Made by a program: the position numbers and the translations under genes
DNA from: Flavobacteriales bacterium
Lineage (GTDB): Bacteria > Bacteroidota > Bacteroidia > Flavobacteriales_F > PHOS-HE28
Reading direction: 5' to 3'
NCBI GenBank assembly: GCA_016712025.1
Contig: JADJRW010000012.1
Location: 95,941 to 159,940 of the forward strand
Length of the DNA stretch: 64,000 nt
The notes under the pieces: generated by a model
The model's input: the letters and a program-made list of their open reading frames with translations, nothing else
Database searches by the model: none
Told to the model about the DNA's origin: nothing
Shown here: positions 34,189 to 45,390 of the stretch, piece after piece
How the letters are laid out: each line of letters opens with the position of its first letter
How positions within the stretch are numbered: the stretch's first letter is position 1

Positions 34189-35054
34189 TTAGCTGTTACG
34201 ATTGTTTCCACCACGTGCCCCACCACCTGCGGGACCGCGACGATCTCCACCTCCACCACCGCCGAAACGACGATCTCCACCTGGACCTCCTGGGCCACGG
34301 CGTTCGCCGCGATCACCACCGGGCCCGCGGCGTTCTCCGCCACCTCCACCGCGACGCTCCGGACGATCACCGCCCATGCGAGGACCACCTTGGCCCTTCG
34401 CCTGGCCGACGTTCGGGCTCAGGTCGCGTTTGCCGAACACCTCACCGCGCATGATCCAGCACTTCACCCCGATGCGACCCATCTTGGTGTGCGCCTCGCT
34501 GATGGCGAAGTCGATGTCGGCGCGCAGGGTATGCAGGGGCACACGGCCCTCGCGATAGCTCTCGGTGCGCGCGATCTCGGCACCGTTCAGGCGGCCGGAC
34601 ACGGTCAACTTGATCCCTTCAGCGCCCATGCGCATGGAACTGGCCACGGCCATTTTCATGGCGCGGCGGAAACTGATGCGCCCCTCCAATTGGCGGGCGA
34701 TGCTATCGGCCACGAGCTTCGCATCCAATTCGGGACGCTTGATCTCGAAGATGTTCAATTGAACATCCTTGCCGGTGAATTTCTTCAGCTCTTCGCGGAG
34801 TTTGTCCACTTCGGTACCGCCTTTCCCGATGATCACACCAGGGCGTGCGGTATTGATCGTCACGGTCACCAGTTTCAGGGTGCGTTCGATCACGTCTTGC
34901 TGACGCTGGCCTTTTTGAGGCGCGTGGATAGGTACTGGCGGATCTTTTCGTCCTCCACCAGTTTGTCCACGTAGTTGTCTCCGCCATACCAATTGCTGTC
35001 CCAGCCTTTGATGTAGCCGAGGCGCGAACCGGTCGGATGTGCTTTCTGTCCCAT
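34189..35054 (-). CDS. rpsC: 30S ribosomal protein S3 with long RGG-rich C-terminal tail (frame broken once)
   Basis: Hand translation from ATG 35054 gives [53 protein letters not shown], then a stop. ORF 34189..34992 resumes at [27 protein letters not shown]. There is a one-base phase change near 34894-34901. Confidence 0.9.
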
Positions 35055-35072
35055 TGTGCTTTCCTCGGTCTG

Positions 35073-35468
35073 TTAGTTGGCGGTGTCCACGATAAGACTC
35101 ACGTGGTTGCTGCGCTTTTTCATGCGGTAGGCGCGCCCTTGCGGTGCGGGCAGCATGCGCTTCAGGCCGCGTGCCTCGTCCACCATAACGGTCTTCACCA
35201 CCAGGCCAGCCTCATCAGGGCGCTGACCATCGTTCTTGGACTGCCAGTTGGCGATAGCGCTCAGGAGCAGTTTCTCCAGATCGCGGCTGCTGTGGCGGGT
35301 GCTGAAGCGAAGGATCGCCAGCGCCCTATCCACCTTCTGGCCACGGATCAGGTCGGCCACTTGGCGCATGCGGCGCGGGCTGGTGGGCACGTTGCGCAGT
35401 TGGGCGAGGGCCACGGTCTTCTTGGCTTCCTTGCGCGCGTCGGCTGCTAATTTCTTGCGGGCTCCCAT
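35073..35468 (-). CDS. rplV: 50S ribosomal protein L22
   Basis: [52 protein letters not shown]. Confidence 0.95.
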   Translation of the reverse strand: MGARKKLAADARKEAKKTVALAQLRNVPTSPRRMRQVADLIRGQKVDRALAILRFSTRHSSRDLEKLLLSAIANWQSKNDGQRPDEAGLVVKTVMVDEARGLKRMLPAPQGRAYRMKKRSNHVSLIVDTAN

Positions 35469-35474
35469 CTGTCC

Positions 35475-35744
35475 TTAGTTCTTCTTGTTACCGGAATGAC
35501 CGCGGTAGGTGCGAGTGGGTGCGAACTCGCCGAGTTTGTGCCCCACCATGTTCTCGGTCACGTACACCGGGATGAATTTGTTCCCATTGTGTACCGCGAA
35601 CGTCATCCCCACGAATTCCGGAGAGATGGTGCTCGCGCGGGACCAGGTCTTGATCACGCTCTTCTTGCCGCTTGCGGTGGCTTCACCCACGCGCTGCGAG
35701 AGCTTGTAGTGGATGAACGGCGGTTTCTTGAGTGAACGGCTCAT
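35475..35744 (-). CDS. rpsS: 30S ribosomal protein S19
   Basis: [63 protein letters not shown]. Confidence 0.97.
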   Translation of the reverse strand: MSRSLKKPPFIHYKLSQRVGEATASGKKSVIKTWSRASTISPEFVGMTFAVHNGNKFIPVYVTENMVGHKLGEFAPTRTYRGHSGNKKN

Positions 35745-35753
35745 GATGCGCTA

Positions 35754-36593
35754 CTAGATGGAGGCGGCCTTGCTGTTGCGGCGCGCGATGATGAACTTGC
35801 TGGATGTGTTCTTCGGATGGCGGGTCTTCTTGCCCTTGGCGAGGAGACCCTTGCGGCTGCGGGGGTGTCCGCCCGAAGCGCGACCCTCACCACCACCCAT
35901 CGGGTGGTCGACCGGGTTCATGGCCACCGCACGGGTGCGGGGGCGACGGCCTTGCCAGCGGCTGCGGCCGGCTTTACCGCTCTTCTGGAGCATGTGTTCG
36001 GCGTTGCCCACCGTACCTATGGTGGCAAGGCATGCGCACAGGATCATGCGCACTTCGCCGCTCGGCATTTTGAGCGTTGCGTAGCGGCCTTCGCGAGCCG
36101 CCAGTTGCGCGAACGTGCCAGCACTGCGGGCCATGCTACCACCCTGGCCGGGCTGCATTTCGATGTTATGCACCAAGGTACCCAGAGGGATCTCGCCGAG
36201 CGGGAGGGTGTTGCCCACTTCCGGCGGAACGCCAGGGCCACTGATCACCTGCTGGCCGACCTTCAGACCGGTGGGAGCAAGCATATACCGCTTCTCTCCG
36301 TCGGCATAGACCAGCAGGGCGATGCGTGCGCTCCGGTTTGGGTCGTACTCGATGGTCTTCACCGTGGCATTGATACCATGCTTGTTCCGCTTCAAGTCGA
36401 TGATACGGAAGCGCTGTTTGTGCCCACCGCCGATGTAGCGCATGGTCATTTTGCCCGTATGGTTCCGCCCGCCGCTCTTGTTGCGGCCGGAGGTGAGGCT
36501 CGCCTCGGGGATGCGTGTGGTAACGCCCTCGAAGTCGGTGATCACGCGGTGGCGTGTGCCAGCGGTGACGGGGTTGAGTTTACGGATGCCCAT
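35754..36593 (-). CDS. rplB: 50S ribosomal protein L2
   Basis: [62 protein letters not shown]. Confidence 0.97.
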   Translation of the reverse strand: MGIRKLNPVTAGTRHRVITDFEGVTTRIPEASLTSGRNKSGGRNHTGKMTMRYIGGGHKQRFRIIDLKRNKHGINATVKTIEYDPNRSARIALLVYADGEKRYMLAPTGLKVGQQVISGPGVPPEVGNTLPLGEIPLGTLVHNIEMQPGQGGSMARSAGTFAQLAAREGRYATLKMPSGEVRMILCACLATIGTVGNAEHMLQKSGKAGRSRWQGRRPRTRAVAMNPVDHPMGGGEGRASGGHPRSRKGLLAKGKKTRHPKNTSSKFIIARRNSKAASI

Positions 36594-36609
36594 GGCGCTC
36601 TCTCTTCGA

Positions 36610-36903
36610 TCAGATGCTGCTGTACAGGTCGATGGTCTCGCCCTTCTTCAAGGTCACGATAGCCTTCTTGTAGGAACTGGAAGTGCCGCGCAGGATATTC
36701 GTCTTGGTGTAGCGGGTGCGCTTCTTGCCGCGCACGATCATGGTGCGCACGCTTTCCACTTCCACGTTGAACTGCTTCTTCACGGCGGCGCGGATGTCGA
36801 GCTTGTTGCTCTCGCGGGCCACCACGAAGCCGTAGCGGTTCTCCTTCTCGCCTTGGGCGGTCATCTTTTCGGTGATGATCGGTCGGATCAGGATCTGGCT
36901 CAT
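36610..36903 (-). CDS. rplW: 50S ribosomal protein L23
   Basis: [48 protein letters not shown]. Confidence 0.95.
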   Translation of the reverse strand: MSQILIRPIITEKMTAQGEKENRYGFVVARESNKLDIRAAVKKQFNVEVESVRTMIVRGKKRTRYTKTNILRGTSSSYKKAIVTLKKGETIDLYSSI

Positions 36904-36906
36904 GGC

Positions 36907-37536
36907 TTACTTGCTAAGGGTGGCCTCCAGTGGGGCGATCGCGTCCTTCACGATCAATACACTGTGGGCGTTCATAATGTCGTAGGTGTTCACCTGGCTC
37001 GCATGCACGACCCGGGCGCCCTGGATATTCCTGGCGCTCAACAGCACGTTCTCGTCTTTGTCAGCTAGCACCACCAATGCCTTCCGGTCGGTGAGGCTGA
37101 AGGCCTTGAGGAAACCAACGAAAGAACTGGTCTTCGGGGCGGTCAAGGACATAGGCTCCACCACTTTCAATGTGCCGTCCTTCGCCTTGTGGGTGAGGGC
37201 GCTGCGGCGGGCCAGATCCTTCACCTTCTTGTTCAATTTGAAATGGTAATCGCGGGGCTGCGGGCCGAACACGCGGGCGCCACCTTTGAAGAGCGGGCTC
37301 TTGATGGAGCCTTTCCGGCTACCGCCGGTTCCCTTCTGCCGATGCAGCTTCTTCGTGCTGCCGCTCACCTCGCTTTTCTCCAAGGTCTTGGCTGTGCCCT
37401 GACGCTTGTTGGCCAAGTGCTGTTTCACGTCCAGCCAGATGGCGTGGTCGTTTGGCTCAATGGCGAAGATGGCGTCGCTGAGCTTCGCCTTCTTGCCGGT
37501 GGCCTTTCCGTCGGTGCTGTAGATATCGAGCTCCAT
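36907..37536 (-). CDS. rplD: 50S ribosomal protein L4
   Basis: LHRQKGTGGSRKGSIKSPLFKGGARVFGPQPRDYHFKLNKKV. Confidence 0.96.
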   Translation of the reverse strand: MELDIYSTDGKATGKKAKLSDAIFAIEPNDHAIWLDVKQHLANKRQGTAKTLEKSEVSGSTKKLHRQKGTGGSRKGSIKSPLFKGGARVFGPQPRDYHFKLNKKVKDLARRSALTHKAKDGTLKVVEPMSLTAPKTSSFVGFLKAFSLTDRKALVVLADKDENVLLSARNIQGARVVHASQVNTYDIMNAHSVLIVKDAIAPLEATLSK

Positions 37537-37537
37537 C

Positions 37538-38155
37538 TTACTTCCAGATGATCACTATGCTGCCTTTGGCGCCGGGGACCGAGCCTTTCAGTACGAGCAG
37601 GTTCTTGTCCTTATCGATCTTCACCACTTTGAGGTTCTCGGTGGTATGCTTGTCCCCACCCGTGCGGCCAGCCATGCGCAGGCCCTTGAACACGCGGGCA
37701 GGGTAGGAGCTGCCACCTAGGGAACCGGGGGCACGGGACCGATCGTGCTGACCGTGGGTCGACTCGCCAACGCCACTGAAGCCGTGACGCTTCACCACAC
37801 CCTGAAATCCTTTGCCCTTGCTGTTCGCGGTAACCGTTACGAACGAGCCCTCCTCGAAGATCTCGAGCCCAACGGATTCGCCGAGCTTCAGTTCCTGCTC
37901 GAACTCCTTGAACTCGTGGCTCTTCACTTTGGGGGTGGTGCCGGCTTTCTTGAAGTGGCCAAGGGCCGCTTTAGTGGTGCTCTTCTCGCGGCGCTCGCCG
38001 AAGGAGAGTTGCACGGCTTGGTAACCGTCCTTATCGGCGGTCTTCACATGTGTGACCACGTTCGGTGTGACCTCGATCACGGTGCAGCCAGAGAGCTGCC
38101 CATCCGTGTCGAACAAACTGGTCATCCCGACCTTTTTACCTATCAATCCGCTCAT
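37538..38155 (-). CDS. rplC: 50S ribosomal protein L3
   Basis: [48 protein letters not shown]. Confidence 0.97.
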   Translation of the reverse strand: MSGLIGKKVGMTSLFDTDGQLSGCTVIEVTPNVVTHVKTADKDGYQAVQLSFGERREKSTTKAALGHFKKAGTTPKVKSHEFKEFEQELKLGESVGLEIFEEGSFVTVTANSKGKGFQGVVKRHGFSGVGESTHGQHDRSRAPGSLGGSSYPARVFKGLRMAGRTGGDKHTTENLKVVKIDKDKNLLVLKGSVPGAKGSIVIIWK

Positions 38156-38174
38156 TGTCGTGCTCTTTGATCGG

Positions 38175-38480
38175 TCAGACCTTGATCTCCACGTCCACGC
38201 CGCTGGGGAGCTCCAGTTTCATCAGCGCATCGATGGTCTTGCTGCTGGAGCTGTAGATATCCATCAGGCGTTTGTAGCTGCAGAGCTGGAATTGCTCGCG
38301 AGCCTTCTTGTTCACGTGCGGCGAACGCAGCACGGTGAAGATGCGCTTGTGCGTGGGCAGAGGGATCGGTCCGCTCACCACAGCGCCTGTGCTCTTCACG
38401 GTCTTCACGATCTTCTCGGCGCTCTTGTCGACGAGGTTGTGATCATAGGACCGCAGCTTTATCCGGATCTTTTGGGTCAT
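38175..38480 (-). CDS. rpsJ: 30S ribosomal protein S10
   Basis: [62 protein letters not shown]. Confidence 0.97.
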   Translation of the reverse strand: MTQKIRIKLRSYDHNLVDKSAEKIVKTVKSTGAVVSGPIPLPTHKRIFTVLRSPHVNKKAREQFQLCSYKRLMDIYSSSSKTIDALMKLELPSGVDVEIKV

Positions 38481-38494
38481 GGTCGTTGGGCGGA

Positions 38495-40602
38495 TCAGGC
38501 GGACACTTTTCCACGCACCTTGGCCAGAACGGCTTCGGACACGTTGTTGGGTGCTTGTTGATAATGGCTGAACTCCATGGTGCTGCTCGCGCGGCCGCTG
38601 GAGAGGGTACGAAGGCTGGTCACATAGCCGAACATCTCGCTCAAAGGCACTTTGCCTTTGATGGCCTTTGCGCCGGAACGGTCCTCCATCCCTTCAATGG
38701 TTCCACGACGGCGGTTGAGGTCGCCGACGATGTCGCCCATGTTCTCTTCGGGCGTGATCACCTCGATCTTCATGATGGGCTCCAAGAGCACAGGCTTGCA
38801 CTTCGGAAGCGCTTCGCGGAAGGCGCTCTTGGCGCAGATCTCGAAGCTCAAAGCATCGGAGTCCACGTTGTGGAAGGAGCCATCGTTGAGCGTCACTTTC
38901 AGGCGTTCGATGGGGAAACCAGCGAGCACGCCGTTCTGCAATGACGCTTTGAAGCCCTTCGCGACAGCAGGGATGAATTCCTTAGGAATAGAGCCGCCCT
39001 TGATCTCGTCAATGAACTCGAGACCCTCTTTCTCCATGTCCAGTTGTGGCTCGATCAGGACGTGGATGTCGGCGAACTTACCGCGACCACCGGTCTGCTT
39101 CTTGTACACCTCGCGGTGCTGGATCTTGGTGGTGATGGTCTCCTTGTATTTCACCTGAGGAGCACCCTGGTTGCATTCCACCTTGAATTCGCGGCGCATG
39201 CGGTCCACGAGGATCTCCAGGTGGAGTTCGCCCATGCCGCTGATCACGGTCTGGCCGGTCTCGTCATCGGTATGGACCTTGAAGGTGGGATCCTCCTCCG
39301 CCAGCTTGGCAAGAGCCTGCCCCATTTTGTCCATATCCGCCTGGCTCTTGGGCTCCACGGCGATGCCGATCACCGGCTCTGGGAAGCTCATGCTTTCCAA
39401 GATGATCTGCTTATCCTCGTCACAGAGCGTGTCACCCGTGCGGATATCCTTGAAGCCAACGGCCGCGCCAATGTCGCCAGCTTCGATCACATCGACCGAA
39501 TTCTGTTTGTTGGCATGCATCTGGAAGATGCGGCTGATACGCTCCTTGCGGCCAGTGCGCATGTTCTGCACGTAGCTGCCCGCAGGCACACACTGCCGCT
39601 GTAACAGCGGAAGAACGCGAGGCGGCCTACGTACGGATCGGTGGCGATCTTGAAAGCCAAGCTTGCCATTGGGTCTTCTACGGTCGGGCGGCGCTGGATC
39701 TCCTCGCCGCTGTCCGGATCGGTACCGGTGACGGACTCGATGTCCATCGGGCTGGGCAGGTAGGCCATCACCGCGTCGAGCATGGTCTGCACGCCCTTGT
39801 TCTTGAAGGCGCTGCCGCACAGGATCGGCGTGATGCTCATGTTGATGGTGCTTTTGCGCACCGCCTCCATCACCTCTGCTTCTGTAAGGCTATCCGGATC
39901 GGAGAAATACTTCTCCATCAGGGTGTCGCTGCTCTCCGCTACGGCTTCGATCAACTTGTCGCGCCACTCTTTCACTGTTTCTTTCAGGTCCTCAGGGATC
40001 GGAACCTCGTTCCAGGTCATGCCCTGGTCGGCTTCGTTCCACACCATTCCCCGATTGTTCACCAAGTCGACCACTCCAAGGAAGTCGGCTTCAGCCCCGA
40101 TCGGGATCTGCAAAGGCACCGGATTCGCTCCCAAGCGCTCGCGGATCTGCGCGACCACATTGAAAAAATCGGCACCGCTGCGGTCCATTTTGTTCACGAA
40201 CCCGATGCGCGGAACTTTGTACTTGTTCGCCTGGCGCCAAACGGTCTCGCTCTGGGGCTCAACACCACCCACGGCACAAAAAAGTGCTACGGCACCGTCC
40301 AGCACGCGCAAACTACGCTCCACCTCAACGGTGAAGTCAACGTGGCCCGGTGTATCGATCAGGTTGATCTTGTAGGTCTCGTCGCGGTATTTCCAGCTGG
40401 TCGTAGTGGCAGCGGAAGTAATGGTGATGCCGCGCTCCTGCTCCTGCTCCATCCAATCCATGGTGGCCGCACCGTCATGCACTTCACCGATCTTGTGCAC
40501 GATCCCGGTGTAGTAGAGGATGCGTTCGGACGTGGTCGTCTTCCCGGCATCAATGTGCGCCATGATGCCGATGTTGCGCGTATATCTGAGGTCGCGGGCC
40601 AT
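38495..40602 (-). CDS. fusA: Translation elongation factor G (frame broken once as assembled)
   Basis: N-terminal GTPase domain in ORF 39487..40602 ([38 protein letters not shown]). Domains II-V are in ORF 38495..39820 (..[28 protein letters not shown]..). The switch is in GCCTGCGGGC/GTGTGTG at about 39580-39596. Confidence 0.93.
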
Positions 40603-40620
40603 GTGATCTGTTCCGTAGGC

Positions 40621-41091
40621 TTAGAAGCGGAAGTGGCTGAAGGCTTTGTTCGCTTCGGCCATTTTGTGGACTTCTTCTTTCTTCTTGAAGGCAGCGCCTT
40701 CTTCCTTAGCAGCTGCCAGGATCTCGTTGGCCAGTTTCTGTGCCATGCTGCGTTCGTTGCGGCTGCGGCTATAGCCGATGAGCCATTTCATGGCTAGACT
40801 GCGCTTGCGGTCATCGCGAACAGGCTGTGGGATCTGGAAGTTCGCCCCACCGACCCGGCGGCTGCGTACTTCCACTTGTGGGGTCACATTGCCCAAAGCC
40901 TTACGCCAAACTTCGAGGCCGTCCTCACCGCTCTTTTCCGCTACGATATCGATGGCGGAATAGAAGATGTCGAAGGCCTTGTTCTTCTTGCCGTCGTACA
41001 TCAGGTTGTTCACGAACTTGGTCACGATCACATCGCCGAACTTGGGGTCGGGCAGGGTGGTTACGTAGCGATTGGTGGTGGTCTTCCGCAT
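40621..41091 (-). CDS. rpsG: 30S ribosomal protein S7
   Basis: [55 protein letters not shown]. Confidence 0.97.
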   Translation of the reverse strand: MRKTTTNRYVTTLPDPKFGDVIVTKFVNNLMYDGKKNKAFDIFYSAIDIVAEKSGEDGLEVWRKALGNVTPQVEVRSRRVGGANFQIPQPVRDDRKRSLAMKWLIGYSRSRNERSMAQKLANEILAAAKEEGAAFKKKEEVHKMAEANKAFSHFRF

Positions 41092-41100
41092 GGCGCTCGC

Positions 41101-41481
41101 TTATTTCTTGGCCTTGGGACGCTTGGTTCCGTACTTGGAGCGGCGCTGATTACGGCCTTCCACACCGGCGGTGTCCAACACGCCGCGTACGATGTGGTAC
41201 TTCACGCCAGGTAGATCCTTCACACGACCGCCGCGCACGAGCACGATGCTGTGCTCCTGAAGGTTGTGACCTTCTCCTCCGATGTAGGCGATCACTTCAT
41301 ACCCGTTCACCAGCCGCACCTTGGCCACCTTACGGAGGGCCGAGTTCGGCTTCTTAGGGGTGGTGGTGTACACCTTGGTGCATACGCCACGGCGCTGTGG
41401 GCAAGAGGTCAGTGCTACCGACTTGCTCTTGTACTCCGCCTTCTCGCGTCCCTTTCGGATCAGCTGTTGGATGGTTGGCAT
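41101..41481 (-). CDS. rpsL: 30S ribosomal protein S12
   Basis: [64 protein letters not shown]. Uses the internal Met of ORF 41101..41526. Confidence 0.96.
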   Translation of the reverse strand: MPTIQQLIRKGREKAEYKSKSVALTSCPQRRGVCTKVYTTTPKKPNSALRKVAKVRLVNGYEVIAYIGGEGHNLQEHSIVLVRGGRVKDLPGVKYHIVRGVLDTAGVEGRNQRRSKYGTKRPKAKK

Positions 41482-41543
41482 CGCTCGCGTTTCGTCCTGT
41501 TTCTCAGTTGGTTCCGCTACTTTCATAGGCGGAAAACGGGCTG

Positions 41544-41573
41544 CAAATGTAGAAAAAGAGGGCTTTCAACCAA
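41544..41573 (-). promoter_or_regulatory. Bacteroidota-type promoter candidate for the rpsL-led supercluster
   Basis: The minus strand reads TTG (41573-41571), a 19-nt spacer, then TACATTTG (41551-41544; TAnnTTTG). It is about 60 nt upstream of the rpsL ATG. The spacing matches the tRNA promoter candidate. Confidence 0.5.
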
Positions 41574-41793
41574 CCTGTGTTGAAGGAAAATTTGAGCACT
41601 ACCCTTTCAGACCGCGAAAGTCGTGTCCGATGCCAAGCGGTCGATTTCTCCAGAACCTTTGCCCAGCAAGCGTATCCGTGGGTGTGGGTGCAATGGAAAG
41701 TGTGTGTTGATGCGTAGCCCAGGCGTTGTTCATACTGAGGAGTCATGACCAAGGAGGGCTACCTTTGATGCTATCATTTGATGCTATTTTGCC

Positions 41794-42774
41794 GTGGACT
41801 CCAGTTACACCTTCTATACCTTACAGAGCAGGATGCTGGAGCGCCTCACATCCATCCATCACCGGTTGGGGGAGGTCAAGGCTCGGCACCTGCACTTCCC
41901 CGCAGCGAGTTTGGAAAAGGCTTATCGGGTGAGCGCCGTGCATGCAACGCTTGCGCTGGAAGGCAATGTTTTGGAGCCTTTGCCTGTGGCCCGCTTGGTG
42001 AGCCGCCCTGACCGGACCAGCGGACCAGCTGCCCTAGAGGTGGTGAACACGCACAGTATGCATGAGTTGTTGCCAGAATTGGATCCTGCGCTGGCCCAAG
42101 ACCTGCGGCGGGCCCATGGGGTGCTTATGCACGGGCTGGCTATCGATGCTGGCCACTTTCGCACGGGGCCCATGGACGTGCTATATGGCGATCCGATACC
42201 ACTCCGTGTCGCCGCGGCGGACAATCTTTCGATCCAAGTGGAGGAACTGCTGCACTTGGTCGAGAACGACGATGCACCGCCGGTGATCACCAGTTGTGTA
42301 TTGCATTTCGGCCTGATCTACCTGCGTCCCTTCAGCGCGGGCAACGGCCGATTGGCGCGTTTGTGGCAACGCCGCCTGTTGATGCGTCATTGGCCTGTCT
42401 TTGCGTTCCTGCCCTTAGAAGCTTTCATACATCGCACGGAGCCAGCCTACTACGCGGCGTTGGAGTACGCCGATCGTCAGGGCGATTGTGGTGGCTTCAT
42501 TACCTACTTGTTGGAGCGGATGGATGAGGCCTTGGCGGAATTGCTGGCGATGCCGGATCCAGTGCGCAGCGCGATCGATCGTATCGAGCTCTTTTTAATG
42601 CAAGCTCAGGGGAAGGTCTTCGGTCGCAAGGAATACATGGGCTGGTTTCCAGAGATCAGCACGGCCACAGCAAGCCGTGATCTGCGAGAAGCCGTGGCCC
42701 GCGACCTTCTGGCACGCGAGGGGAGTGACCGAACCGCGGTCTATCGCTTGAAAGTCGAACCAGGTCATAGATAG
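41794..42774 (+). CDS. Fic-family protein with degenerate active-site motif and C-terminal winged-helix-like region
   Basis: Inhibitory-helix-like T-L-A-L-E-G at 41947-41964. The Fic-motif position reads RPFSAGNGRLAR (42325-42360) instead of HPFx(D/E)GNGRxxR. GTG start at 41794; an alternative ATG is at 41833. Confidence 0.75.
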   Translation: MDSSYTFYTLQSRMLERLTSIHHRLGEVKARHLHFPAASLEKAYRVSAVHATLALEGNVLEPLPVARLVSRPDRTSGPAALEVVNTHSMHELLPELDPALAQDLRRAHGVLMHGLAIDAGHFRTGPMDVLYGDPIPLRVAAADNLSIQVEELLHLVENDDAPPVITSCVLHFGLIYLRPFSAGNGRLARLWQRRLLMRHWPVFAFLPLEAFIHRTEPAYYAALEYADRQGDCGGFITYLLERMDEALAELLAMPDPVRSAIDRIELFLMQAQGKVFGRKEYMGWFPEISTATASRDLREAVARDLLAREGSDRTAVYRLKVEPGHR

Positions 42775-42804
42775 CACGCGTGGGGTGATGCGGTGCGCTG
42801 GCGG

Positions 42805-45226
42805 TCAGGGTATGATCGTGCAGGATCCTATGCCGGTTTCCTCATTTTTGCTGGCAGCACTGATCAATATCACTTGGGGCGCAAGATCCGAGACATCAAG
42901 TTGCGTGACCGGACCCGAAGAGGGTACTTCTTTCAGGAGTCTTCCGGTGCGGTCGCGCACTCGGATCGTCGTCGTGTTCGGCAGGGCTTCGCTACAAGAG
43001 ACCCTCACTAGATCTTGAGCTGGGTCGGGCCAGATATTGCAAGTGCCAGGCGCGGACCGCTGCGCTACGCCCACAGCTGAAGTCTTCCACGCCAAGGTAT
43101 AATCACCGGGAACCAGCACCTCGATGTCGATCCTCCCCGTCTTGTCCGTGGCGTTGTTCAGAACGTTCAAGGATTGTTGCGGCGCTGCGGACCAGGGCAT
43201 TTGCGCGTTCGGCCGATAGAGCAGCACCAGGCTATCCTCAGTAAAATTCAGACCGCCAAGGTCCTGCATTAGATCCACGTCCAATCCGCCAGCGGATTGT
43301 GCGCGACCATCGTATGCGAATCGGCCGCTGATGGTGGGGCCACTGGTGAAATCGCTATGGATCCGCCACCACCGGTCAGGGGAGAGAGCATAAGCGAAAG
43401 CGGGCTCCGCGTTCGGGTCGGCAGCGACCCAGAACTGTTCCACACGGATCGGGAGGTCACTAGGCAGCGCATCCACGATCAAGGTTAGATTGGCCTGCTG
43501 GAATGTCTTGGTCCCGATGCTGGTCAAAGTGTCCCAAACGGCAGTGGTCGCCAAGCTGATCCGGTCATCGTCGTTCAGCCATACATCCACCGGATCGAAA
43601 GGTGGATCGATCGTGACAACGGTCTGGTCGCCACTGAACAGGAAAGAAGTTGGGGTGGTCCACAGATCGCCTTGGGCACTGCGGCAGGTCAGCGTTAGCG
43701 GAACATTCTGGTACAGGTCCACTGCCCCGCGCAGCTTTTGTTCCGCGAAGACCGTTACCTCCGCCAGTCCCACATCAAAGGAATCGACCTCGAAGGCGGC
43801 CCAGCCCGGTTGAAAGATCCAGTCATTGAAGAAGTCCGTGAGGTCTGTTCCTGTAGCGGTGCTCAAATGATCTCGGAGCTGCTCGCTGCTGACAGGTTGG
43901 AAGGAATATGCGTCGAGAAAACTCGTCAAGCCCTGACAAAAAAGTGCCTCCCCTAAGTAGCTGCGCAGGCTATGCAATACATCCGCACCCTTGTTATAGC
44001 TATGCTGTCCGTAGGTGAAGTCTTGGGGAACATCAGCGAGGGCGAAATACTGCCCCCCCATCTTCCCAATGGCAGCGACGCAACATTTCGTAGTGGTTCG
44101 CCCGCACGGTGGATCGGTAGCGGTCCGGTCCGTACACCCCCTCCAGGAACAGGTAGCTCAGGTATTCGGCGAACCCCTCGTTGATGTACATCTCCTCTGC
44201 CCTATCGCAAGTGACCAGGTCGCCGAACCACTGATGGGCCAGTTCGTGTGCCATGGTTGCTTCGTACTGCAACGTCCCATCCGCGATGAAATCCGGATAG
44301 GTGATGTTGGTAGGATGCTCCATTGCACCGCGTGAAGCCAGGCAATAGCCGATGCGGTTCCAACTGTAGGCCCCGAAGCAGGTTTCGAACCGGTTGAAGG
44401 CATCTTGCAAGTGGAGGAAGGAGTTCTTCATCTGGGTCGTATCCCCTGGAAGAGCCACAAGGTCCACGGGAATGTTCGTCCCGCCGATGCTGGGGAATTC
44501 CTGGTGAACGACCGCGTAGTTGGCCACCGCGACAGAGGCGAGATAGCTTGGGATGGGTTCATCTATGGACCAATGGGTGAGGGTGGTATCACCACCGAGC
44601 GACACCACGCCAAGTTCAGCCCCATTGCACCAGACCTTCCGTCCGCCTCGCGTGGTAACGTGGAAGGAGAAGGCACAGCGCTCCACGAAGTTGTCGAAAC
44701 AGGGGAACCAAGCCCGGCCATAGCTGTGGGATTGCGCATCGAACGCCACGCCCAAATTGTAGATGTAGGTGTTCTCCAAGTAGAAGCCCCCGAAGTTGCT
44801 CGGATCAACGGCCGGTTCGCCATCATAGAAGACCGTGATATCCATCGTATCCGCTGGTCCGGCCGGTTGTGCCAGATCAACCCGCAACACACCGTTCGCA
44901 TGGCTGAAGCCGAGTGGTTGGTTGCTCTCATCCAGGACCGAACCGACCGTGAGGTCGATCAGGTCGAGCCGGAGTTGGGTGACCCCCGGAACTTTGGGCA
45001 CGAGGCGAAGCACACACATCGCGTGGATCAGATCGTTCGGCGCATCGAGGAGGTTGAGGTGGACCCGCGTCACGAGCAGGTCGATGCTATCACTGCGCAG
45101 GTCCTGTGGGCCGCCCTTGGCCTGTCCTTGCGCAGAGCAGTGTTTGGTCCGCTGGCAGGTGGTCTGTGCAGGAACGGATAGCGCGATCGAGGTAACGACC
45201 GAGCAAAGGAGGAGGCGGATGGTCAT
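42805..45226 (-). CDS. M1-family zinc aminopeptidase with T9SS-type C-terminal tail (frame broken once)
   Basis: Signal peptide MTIRLLLCSVVTSIALSVPAQ. Motifs GAMEHPT and HELAHQWFGD..(18)..NEGFAEY are in ORF 44033..45283. The continuation GGQYFALADVPQD.. is in ORF 42805..44061. The switch is at C7 run 44053-44059. The C-terminal ~80 aa form a beta-sandwich-like tail. Confidence 0.85.
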
Positions 45227-45390
45227 GCGCGTGAACGAACAGAGGCCTTGGTTGTTACAGAAAGAGGCCGCGCCGTTGATCAAAGGTAGCCGGACGAAAG
45301 CTGCGATCGCAGGAATGCTGCGGGTTCGCAGGATCCCTACTTTTGGGGGTGCGCCTTGTTATCCCAAAGGCGATCCGCTGGCGCACCGCG

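Noticed and set aside
23393-41481. Programmed ribosomal frameshifting or recoding in fusA, rpsC and rplQ.
   Set aside because: These genes have no known recoding, and no slippery heptamer plus downstream structure was seen. The same kind of lesion occurs in unrelated genes across the window, so it fits generic indel error.
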